A DNA stretch of 64,000 nucleotides, from positions 248,001 through 312,000 of the forward strand of contig CBFFRQ010000042.1 of the NCBI GenBank assembly GCA_965644315.1, in the 5' to 3' direction. Below are positions 33,211 to 43,400 of the stretch, one piece after another; the first letter of the stretch is position 1; the number at the start of each line of letters is the position of its first letter. Position numbers and translations under genes: made by a program. Under the pieces are notes generated by a model. That model did no database searches and had not been told where the DNA came from. It worked only from the letters and a program-made list of their open reading frames with translations. The DNA is from Caecitellus pseudoparvulus (lineage: Eukaryota > Protista > Bigyra: Bicosoecida).

Positions 33211-34076
33211 CTAGGGCTGGGGAGGGCTGCCCGCCGGGGCAGCTTTGCGGTGCCCTGCTGCGGCAGCACCCGCTGCCGTGCCCTGCCGGCCCTTGCCTGA
33301 GTCGCCGCTGCCCTTCTCGTGCTTGAGGGTGACTTTCAAGCGCTTGTGGCCAATGCGCGTGCCGTCCAGACTCGCGATAGACGCAGCGGCATGTTCTGGC
33401 TGAGAGAAGCTCACGAAGCCGTAGCCTTTGGAGCGCCCAGTGGTGCGGTCCACGATGATGCGAGCTGACAGCACAGGCCCGAAGGGCAGGAAGTAGTGGT
33501 ACAGGTCAGTGTTGCTCATGTCGTTGGGGAGGTGGAAAATGAACACGTTTGCCCCTGCTGGCCCCTGCGCTTGCGCGCCAACTTGGATCGGGGAGCCTGG
33601 CTTCACGAGGGGGAAAGCTCGGCAGATGCTGCCCACCTGACCAGCCGGCGGCCCAGCAGGCATACCTGCTGGGGCCATGAAGGGCATGCCAACCCCCTGT
33701 CCGTACATGCCAGGCGACGTGTACATTCCTCCAGGAGCTGGCATGCCAACGGTTGGTACGAGCATGAACCCTGCAAAAGGAAGAGCCGGCTGGCTCGTGT
33801 TGCTGATTGAGGGTGCCAACAAGAGAGAGCAGAAGGCACTCACCAGGGGGGATGTGTGCTGGGAAAGCCATGTGAGGCCCAGGCTGTGCCCCTGGCGCTG
33901 TGCTGTGGTAGTGGGCCGCCTCAGTGTAGTGACCCGCTGCCTGGTGCTCCGTGGGGGCTGCGGCCTGCGGAGAGACGGTGACAGAGAATTCGCACCACCG
34001 CGACGGCCATTCCTGCCTGAAGGCCGAAACGCGTGCTTTCACTCACAGAAGCTGCCACCGGGAAGTGCCCTTGCAT
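33211..34076 (-). CDS. CELF/Bruno-type RRM3 RNA-binding protein (single RRM)
   Basis: Introns 33965-34046 and 33771-33843; GPAGANVFIFHLP..FGPVLSARIIVDRTTGRSKGYGFVSF..IGHKRLKVTLK. Confidence 0.82.
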
Positions 34077-34532
34077 GCTGAGTCCGCTTGCTTGTCGCCG
34101 GTATCACGCCTTGCCCTGGGGGGGGGGCGTGGCAGTGCTTGGCGAAGCAGCGTGCTGGGTGAAACGCTGCCTGGCAAAGCCAACAGAGGTGCCGAAGCGG
34201 GCGTTAATACGCTGCAAGGAGAGCAGGGGAGGGGACGGGGGGTAATGCCGGGGCTTTTCGCGGTGTTGTCTTTTGAAGTGGTCGCCACAATGCATGAGTG
34301 GCACCCCCCTGCTGGCCTGAGGCGATGGCCACAGTGCCTGACACTGCCTGGCCTGGCCTCCCCGGCGTCCGGGCAGCAAGCAATGCACAGTGCAACGCGC
34401 CAAAACAATCCCACGCACAGTCTCACCAGAAGTGTGGGCACGCTATTTGCTGTGGTTCAGGTGCTGCTCGCCAAGGCACACTCTCGCCAAGGCAGGCTCG
34501 GCACGGAGCTGGTGAGCCAGCAACCGGGAGGC

Positions 34533-35719
34533 ATGGCTGATGAGAAAAGCGGCACAGGCGTGCCGTCTCGAAGTTTGTCGGGATCAGGGCAGCGAAGTCG
34601 CCGCGTGACCCCTCCCCGCATTAGTGTGCGCAATCACCACCTTCTGCAGGGCGCGGGGGGCAAGGAAGTTTGCAGCCCGACAGACGGCATGATGAGCCCC
34701 ATAACCGCAGCCATTTCGAAGCGGCGCGGCCAGTTCAAAGCGTGCGTGGCGTCGTCCTCGTCGCTGCATTGGCGACAAGGTACACTAGTCCTAGCTGAGG
34801 GCGCTGCACGTCACTGGCCCCAGGCGCTGCGAGCCCCGCTGTGCTGCAACGAAGCGGCTGCAGTGCGGAACTTGACTGTAAGTGCCCTCACACATTTGCC
34901 CCGTGCCTGCTCAGACACGAAGTCCCCACTTCGAAGAATGGACCGCATATAATTTTGGGCTCCAGTTCCCATTGGCGGCGCATGGTGATGACTGAGATGG
35001 GCTACGCTCACTCCTCCATGGCCCCTGACATTGACGAAAAAGCCATCCGCCACGAAGACCCGTACTTTATGCCGACTCTCATCGCAAGGGCGAAAGCCGA
35101 CGCCTTGCTCGAGCGCGTGAACATCCCCGCCCTCATTATCACTGCCGATCAGGTGGTGCTGGCGCCCACGCCCGAGGCAGGCCCCTTCCCCCCCCCATCC
35201 ACCGAGGCAGCCGCAGAGGGCGCAGGGGGCAGTGCCAAGGAAGTGGGGGCCACCCGGCACCCACTTGAGTGCGTGGAAGTGCATGAAAAGCCAAGTAGTT
35301 TGGAGGAAGCAGAAGCCTTCATCCGCGGGTATTCCGGGAGCTGGATCCAGACTGTGTCATCGGTCACTGTGCATAACACAGCTACTGGAGCTCGCGTGGA
35401 TGGCACCGATGTGACAACAGTGTGGTTCAGGGACATCCCAGAGGAAGTGATCACAGCCATGCTACAGCCACCCCCTGATGGCTCCTCCACAGAGCCCAAA
35501 CTCATGCAGTGCGCTGGCGCAGTGCAAGTGGAGAACCACCTGCTGGCTCCCTACATCATCGCCAAGAGTGGGCCAGATGACTGCATCTTTGGCCTGCCCA
35601 AGGCTCTGCTTGTGAAGCTCCTTGTAAGCCAGGGAGCGCCGGATGCACCTGTGGCACCAGAAGCCTCTGCTGAGGCCTCTGTTGCTCTGGCCGTCGCTGC
35701 GCACGAAGGGCTGGAGTAA
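34533..35719 (+). CDS. maf: Maf-family nucleoside triphosphate pyrophosphatase with an N-terminal extension
   Basis: Intron 34742-34914; IILGSSSHWRR, PDIDEKAIR, AKADA, IITADQVV, EKP, CAGAVQVE, IFGLP. Confidence 0.88.
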
Positions 35720-35938
35720 CAGCGGCAGAGGTGTGGCACAGTCAATTCATTCAAGAATGCTCGGGGGAATCCACACCGTCTTCCTGCTTTTGCGTTCTTG
35801 CCGTCTCAACAGGCGCAGGTGTCCACCCTGCGCAGCTCGCAATTTCCGCACATCCCACCCTGCTGCAGGTTTTCCTTCAGCCGCACGCAGTGAAACACGT
35901 CGCTGTGCTGCCCAACGCCACATGCTGTCATTGGAGTC

Positions 35939-36243
35939 ATGGCTTCTTCTGAACACACCAATGTGAAGTCCAGACAAGCGTGCTATGCCGCGCGGGACGC
36001 GTACTACCACTGCCTGAGTGCGCGTCCCTGGCCCTGCACAGCCGCGCACGCATGCCCCCGCAGTGCAGGCTCCATGTTCCGCACGCAGGCAGCAATGAAG
36101 GAGATACCAAGGCATGTGCACGTGAAGACCAGCTGTACTCTGGGGCCTGCATGAAGTCCTGGCGCAAGTATTTCGACGACCGCCGAAGGTCCCGCAAGCC
36201 GCAGGTGGATGTCGGGGTGTACAAAGGGCCCCCCCAAGGATGA
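35939..36243 (+). CDS. COA6: Cytochrome c oxidase assembly factor 6-like
   Basis: Intron 36018-36088; RQACYAARDAYYHCL..C..ACMKSWRKYFDDRR (CX9C-CX10C pattern). Confidence 0.85.
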
Positions 36244-36375
36244 CCTAGCCGATGCTGATGTTTCACGATACATTCCAGATGAAAGGGGCTTCACTGGTGC
36301 GCCTGGGGCGCGAGTGACGGCAGTGCCTCTCGGGCCATGCTCACAATTCAGCTGAAGCCAGGCGCCACGCTCTGC

Positions 36376-37092
36376 TCAGGAGGAAGAGGCGCCCTTCTTC
36401 TTCGAAGAGAAGTCCTTCACCGCAGCTTTAATTGCATCCTCGGCCAGCATGCTGCAAATGGGGCCAGCGAGCAAGGAAAGAGTGCAGCATTGAGGCGCTT
36501 CACTTGAGCTCAGCTGGTGTACATGCGGCGTCGTACCTGCAGTGCAGTTTCACCGGGGGCAACTTGAGGTGTGCTGCGATATCCTTGTTCTTGATATTCA
36601 CAACTTCGTCCACGTGCATGCCCTGAATCCATTCCGTTGCAACCGAACTGTGCAGGACGCTCGAAGAGTTCAGCGAAACACCAGAGTACCAGCCACACGA
36701 AGAGGCTCACCTGGACGCAATGGCGCTGCCGCAGCCAAAGGTCTTGAAGACTGCCTTGCTGATCTTGCCGTCTTCTCCGACCTTGATCTGTGATGAAGTC
36801 CGGGGGCAGCATCGTGCAGCCTGCATGCACGGTGGCTTTAGGAGCCCGCGTTTCGTCTTCACACCTGCAGCTTCATGACGTCACCGCAGGCTGGCGCGCC
36901 AACCAAGCCAGTTCCGACATCCTCTGCCTTGGCATCCATGCTGCCGACATTGCGGGGGTTTTCGTAGTGGTCCACGATGTTGTCATGGTACATGCGGGCT
37001 GGCAACGCCAGTGCCGCTGTGGTGGGCCGCAGGGATCCATGGGCAGCTCGAGTGCCAGTGCGAGCCAGGCTCGCAGCCGCTCTTGCCAACAT
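36376..37092 (-). CDS. ISCU: Mitochondrial Fe-S cluster scaffold ISCU/Isu1
   Basis: Introns 36788-36864, 36648-36710, 36452-36536; VDHYENPRNVGS, GAPACGDVMKLQ, FKTFGCGSAIAS, LPPVKLHCSMLAEDAIKAA. Confidence 0.97.
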
Positions 37093-37204
37093 TGGAGTAT
37101 GATTGGGAGAATCGATCAACGACAACCCTTTCAGTGCGCAAGTTGTGGCCGTGTTCGTGGGAGCAATAAATTTGTCTGCAGGTCTCTGCAACACCGAACT
37201 GGCC

Positions 37205-40137
37205 CTATCCCTGGGGAAGGTTCCACCCGCTGCGTTCCAACGCCGGAGTTGATTGCGACGGCCAGCCCTGAGTGGGTGTGTGGACGAACTGACCAGAACT
37301 CTCCGAGGCTGCAAGCCCTGGAGGCGGGCCAAGAGGGGCTGCGGCCCTCGGCAGCAAGGCCGCAGAGGGTGTAAACGGAAGCTGGGGTGTGTTTGACCAT
37401 GCAGGCTGTGCAACAGGAAGCCCACTCGGTGCCAGAGGTGGGCCACTCGATGCCGTGGGTGGACCGCTGTGTGCCAGGGGAAGGCCGCTGGGTGCCGTGG
37501 GTGGACCGCTGTGTGCCAGGGAAAGGCCGCCGGGTGCAGAGGGCGGACCGCTGTGTGCCAGGGAAAGGCCGCCGGGTGCAGAGGGCGGACCGCTGTGTGC
37601 CAAGGACAGATCTCCACCCCATGACTGGCCCATACCCAAAGAAAGGCCCTGGGACGCCGCCATCAGGCTTCCCAACTGTGCACCTGGCTCCCCCAGCCCG
37701 AGACTGACCCCCAGCCCGCTGCCAAGCGAGCCCAACGCAGACAAAGAAATAGCTGAGGAGTGCGGCTGTCCGGGCTGAGAAGAAGCGCCCAATGCCGAAG
37801 CAGCGACACGAGCGCCCCATGAAGCTCCGGCGCCCCAGCCAGCATCTGCATCAGCGGTGGGTGCCAACACCACAGCATCTCCTCCGACCGCGTCCTCCGC
37901 TGCTTCTTGCGCTGGCAGTCCTCCCGGGGGCAACCTGGCAGCAACTGTTGCTGTGGCCGTGCTCCGACCTTCAGTTACACGCGCTGGGGTACCTGAGACG
38001 TGGGAGAGTGCCTTGTCGCTAGGCGTGCTATCTTGCTTCGGGACAGCTCGAGCTGCGCGCAGCGCTTCCACTGATGCCTTTCGATCCTCCCTGATCTTGC
38101 GTCGGCGCTCGATGTCGGAGCTGTCATGCTGAGGCATGTTTTTCAACCTTGCTTCAACCACCTGCGTCTGTGCTCGCTCGGCGGCAGCGCGGCGCTGCTT
38201 TGCAAACTTGGCCTGTCTTTTCTCTGTCAGGCCTGGTGCTATACCTTTACGGGCTGCGGAGGACGCTTTTGCACTGCCTCGTGTGTGCACGCTGGCTGGC
38301 TTCGCAGAGGATTCAGCTGTCTTGGAGCGCGTGCTTTCTCCCTGTTGTGCCTTTGGACGGCTCGGGGCAGAGGTTGGTCGGCTTCCGCCTCCCACGAAGA
38401 TGTCCAAGTTAAAGTCATCAGATGAGTCTGAATCGGCTTCAGAATCAGGTGAAGGAGGGCTGGGGACCTCTGCCTTTGCAGTTTGTCGCTCAGCTTTGCC
38501 AGTCGCAGATGATTCTTCCTGGCCGCCTTCGCCGTCAACTGCTGGAGCTGCAGCCGCATCTGCAGGTTGCGTCGGAGCTGGAGCTGGAGCTGGAGCTGGC
38601 GCTGGGGTCTTCTTGGGCTGCTTGCGCTTCTTGGCCTTCTTCTTTGCCTTTCCTGACCGGCGCTGTGGCTCACCTTCATCCATGAGAGTCCGCAACAAAT
38701 CTGCCTCCGCAAACTCACGGGCAGCCACTTCGCACCTGGACGTTATGCTGGCCATCAGCGCAGCACGAGCTAACATCCCGCTCGCAGACTTGCTGCGCGC
38801 AGCAACCCAGTGATGCCTCGTTCGTGCGAGAAGCAAGAGGCCAATGGAGGTGAGCAACTCTGTCTGGGCGACCCCGAGGCTTTGTGCGTGTCTCTCCCTT
38901 TCGCGGACAGCAGCTTGAGCAGTGTGCTCAGAAAGGACAGCTGTAGCTCGTCCGATGATGCATGGCACGTGCCGAGGGTCGACCATGATGTGGCCTGCTG
39001 CCCGTGCTGCCTCCTTGACAGCGCATTGCGAAGGCACTCCATCGGGGTGTGCCTCACAGCCAGTGCACCCAGCCTTTGGTAATGCTAACGGGTACAGCCA
39101 AGGTCGCCGGAAGAACACAGATTTCGCCTCTTGTGGCTGGTACGAATACGACCCTGGCCGATCTGCTGGTGCACACGTACCGTGGCCTTTGTGGGGGCCA
39201 CTACAGGGCCGCCTTCGAACGTACTGAAAGTGGGGGCTGTCCACGACTGCTTTGGACAAGCGGCACCACTCGCACAAGCAGGCGGCCTGAGCCTCCATGT
39301 AGTACTGGCGCTGGTTTGCGGTGTGAACTTCCATGGACACGTGCCCCACATGAAGAGAAGAGTAGTGAGAGGGCTGGAAGTCGTAGTCAAGTGGCTCAAG
39401 CTCTCCCGGCAGCACTTTCCCCATCAGCAACGACGCAGCGTCATCCAAGTTGTCAGCGCATCGCGGGCACATGTTCATGTTGACGGCGTACTCATCCAGG
39501 TGCGCCACAAGTGCTCGAAATGAGAAGCGAGCAATGCTCACTTGGTCATCGAACGGCAACATGTTCCAGTACTTGATGATGCTGGACGGCAAAGAATGGT
39601 CTTCGTGCAAGCGGCAGCACATGGATGTGGCCCCTGGCCCACTCGCAGCCTTTCCAGAGACTGGGGAAGGAAGCATTTCCAGGCACTCCTTTTGTAGCAA
39701 GGACTGCAAGGAATGTTGCTGCAGGCAGCTGAACAGGGCGTCAGGACTGCTGGTGACGCTGTCAGCGAGCTTGAAAGTTGTCTGCGCAGCAGCAGCCTTC
39801 TTAGCCCCGCCGCCCATGCTTGCCTTGCTTTGCGGGCAGAGGATGCCCTGTAGGCTAGTTGGGACGGTGTGGTTTTGGTTGAAATTCTCTAAAGCCTCCT
39901 TCGCAGCAGAAATGCAGCCTGAACAAGGGTTGCAAAAGTAGTGTGTACCGGCGCAACGCGCATGAAACTCCGAGCACATGCCAACCTACGTGGGCATGGG
40001 TGCTGTCGCCGCAGGGCCTCCAAGGCTTGCTGCAAATTCACAGTGAAGAGCTTCTTGCGGCGGCTGGCTGGAAGCTCCAGCACTGCTTCGACGTGCATCC
40101 GCTCCAGAGCGAAGCCATGCTGTGACGCAGAGCTCAT
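37205..40137 (-). CDS. GGNBP2: GGNBP2/ZNF403-like protein
   Basis: Intron 39919-39989; two CxxC motifs (PCPRC, MCPRC); RERERHAQSLGVAQTELLTSIGLLL resembles the GGNBP2 RRERHAK...AQEEVL block; KKKAKKRK basic tract. Confidence 0.7.
37440..37603. repeat. Short degenerate 42-bp coding tandem repeat (about 4 copies, LSLAHSGPPSAPGG)
   Basis: GGACCGCTGTGTGCCA recurs at about 37461, 37503, 37545 and 37587. Confidence 0.85.
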
Positions 40138-40482
40138 GTGGCTCAAAATGGGCAGGCACGGCGCAGCACGTGGTGGCGGCAGAGCGTCGGGTAGGGAAGG
40201 GAGGGAAGAAAGGGCGGTGACAGTGTGCACAGGTTATCTACGAGGGGGCATTTTTTGAGGTGCTGCAGGTATTTGCTCCGCTGTTGTGTGGCGAAGGGCA
40301 AACTGAAACTCACAGTGTCTATGCTTGATGACCCCTTGACGTAACTCAAGGCAGCCCAGTCCGTACACTCAGCCCACACACACATTCCCCCAGCCGGCGC
40401 TTTATGGCGTGCTCCAGAAAACCGACTGGCAGATGCTGTCGCCGAGGAGAGCTGAGGCGGGTGCTGCTTGTTGCCGAGGGCC

Positions 40483-43400
40483 ATGGAGGACTCGGGCGTG
40501 TGCCCCTTGTGTGGACGGACATTTCGCAGCAGAGACCTGGAGCGCCATGCCAACGCTTGCATGGACAATGACTCGCCTGCTGTGCAGAGGCGACGGCAGG
40601 TAGCACTGGCAAAAGCTGCTGTGCACGAGACTCTTGCATGTGAAGAGCGGCTGCAGCGCGCGCTGCAAAGTTGCGTTGGAGTGGGCTGCGTGGCAGCGAT
40701 TTCCGCAAGCGCACCCCGCCTTCCACGCTCTCATTGCAGTGAGCGACCGAGGGCCAGACGGCGCCTTGGCATCCCCCGCTTCTTAGGCCAAGAGACCCTG
40801 ACTGGCCTGTGCAACTCAGGGCCAGAGCAAGTGCTCAGGCTGCTGCAGGGCGGCGAAGGCGATGGCTTTGGGTGGCGGAGAGAGGTGCTGTATGGGCAAG
40901 GGCAGCCCTCTCGCCGGAGTGGCGTGCTCATGCTGCACCTGGAAAGCCTTGTCAATTGCACAGCCCAGGCGCTACAAGGCGTGCCGGGGGCGCGTCACTT
41001 GCCGGCCATCGTGACTGTCTTTGCGACGGTGCACTTTGAGGGGCAGCAGCTGCAGAGCCTGGCAGCCAAGATGTGCACGCAGGCAGGGCCCCTTCCGGGA
41101 CAAGCCATCTTCAATGACGCCCTTGCCGTGGAGGTGCCCAATTTCTTCCGGCTGTCCCCCATCACCATCAAGGTGTGGGCCAAGGGGGGCGAGCACGTCG
41201 TGGGGCCCAACGCAGCCGCGTTGACCCAGCACTGGTGCGAGCTGGGGCAGGTGCGGCTGGTGCTGGGCGATGCCCTGCCGCTGCAGACGCGCGTCCTTGC
41301 ATCAGTGGATGCCGAGGTGGCTGTGCACCACGCAAGGCAGGGCGGCGGTGGCGGTGCGGAGTCCCTGCCACCGCCCCCTCCCATGCCCTTGCGCCGTCGC
41401 TCGTCCTCCAGCCCCCGCCTTTCATACTCCTCCTCCGCGACCAGCGACGACTCGGTGGAGGACACATCTGGATCGGTGGCCGCCACTGGTGCCGGTGCTG
41501 CGGCCTTTCCCACACACCTGCCCCTGGAGGATGGCGCTGCAAGCACGTTTGCGGAGCCATGCTGCAGCGCCAGGTCACTGCAGCGCCTGCGAGACTTGTG
41601 GGCTGAGCCGAGTGGGGTGGCAAGTCTGGCGTCCCCGCACCTGCCCCACCACACTGGCGGTAGCAGCAGCTGGTGGGGGCTGCTGGCTCCGCCTGGCACC
41701 CCCCCAGACAAAGCTGAGCAGGGGCCCTTCCCGGCGGGGGCGCGGTCACCCCCCTTGCCCAGCAGGCCAGCTTCCAGGCCTGCCCTGCGGCTGACGTTGA
41801 CGTTGGTGAGCCGCGAGGAGGTGCAGGGCAGCGGTGCAGGCGGCATCACCGGCATGGCTGCGGCGCTGCGGGAAGCTGGGCTGTGGGAGGCCGGCACGGG
41901 GCGCGTCGGCCTGCCCAGCAGGGGCGTGAGTCCCCACTTCGCGGGGCGCCAGCTGCGTCACCTGGCACGAGACTCTGCGCCCGGAGTGCCAGTGGTCCCT
42001 AAGAGCATCCGCCGTTGCATGGCTGCGGCGCTGGCGCGGTGGGACCCCTCCGGCGGCAGCCTGGACCCGGCCCTGCGCGGGTGCCTGGCGCGCCACCTGC
42101 TGTCACCCCTGCACCGTGCTGCAGCTGCAGGGCACGCGATGGGCGTCTTGCACCTGCTGAAAGCAGTGGGCAAGCACTGGGCCCTGCTGCGCACAGCAGA
42201 TGGGCGGGGCTTGACGGTGCTGGACGTCGCAGCTCTGCACGGGCACGACAACGTCGTCACGTGCCTGGTCAAGGCGGCGGACACCGCGGGCCTGCGGCGC
42301 TGGGGCCGAGGGTGGACGGCGGACCCCCTCGTGGAGGACGACACAGACACGCTGGAAAGCGCGTTCAGTGGCAGCTCCGTGACTGGCGCCAGCGGCTCTG
42401 GCGTGGTGGAGGGCCTGAAGCTGTGCCCGCCGCCCGCTGGGAGCGGCGTGCACCCTGCCCGCGCCCACCTGATCTGGGACAGCACCGACCACATCCACTC
42501 CCTAGACAGCGCCTTGCTGCCAGCCAGCGCCCTCACCGTGCCGCCTGCCACAGAGCTCGCGTCCACGGCAGCTCGCCTGCGGGCAGGGCTGAGTTCCCGC
42601 AGCAGCTTGGCAGGGGAGCCGCCGCCCTTGCCGACAGCGTGGCAGGCTTGGACTGGGCGAGGTGGCGGCACGGGGGCCGAGTCGGGGGAGGAGGGGGGCA
42701 GGGCGTACCCGCCCCTGGATGCCGTGCTGTGGAGCACATGGTCCCTGGAGGAGGGCACGCTGCAGGCGATGCCGCCGTGCCCAGTGCCCAGCGGCACGCT
42801 GGCCCGCCTGGAGGGTGCCAGGGACGGCAGCGTCCCGCCGTGGCTCCCCTGGTACGGCAGGCATGCCATGCACCACGCCATCGCAGGTGGCAGCTCCCGC
42901 GTCTGGCGCACTGTTTGCAGCGCCACGCTGGGGGGGGACATTGCTCGCCGCAGCGCCGTGGAGCGGGAGCAGCGGTCGCAGGACGGCGGCGTGTTGGCGC
43001 TGGAGGCAGGCGGCGAGGTGGAGGTGGGCAGCATGTCTGCCCTGCTGGATTTGCAGGACGGCCACGGGCGCACCAGCGTGGCCCTGGCTGCGGCGTTCGG
43101 AGGGGATGCCGCGCCAGGCACACAGGCGGGGCTGCTGGGGCACCTCTACGGCCCCTTCCCCTACGCCATGCCAGTGTCAGACGGCGGTGCGCCGTGTGTC
43201 GGGGGCGTGTATGCCTGTGTGGACCGTGCCGGACTCCGCATGCCGCACCCTGCGCCGGGCCTGCGGGCGGTGAACGCACGGGTGTACGTGGGGTTGCTGC
43301 GGCGCCTGCTGTGCATGGGCGCGGACGCAGGGCTGCCGGATGCTGTGGGCGACACGCCCCTCATGCACGCCCTGCGCACGCGCAATACGCTGGCGGCCCT

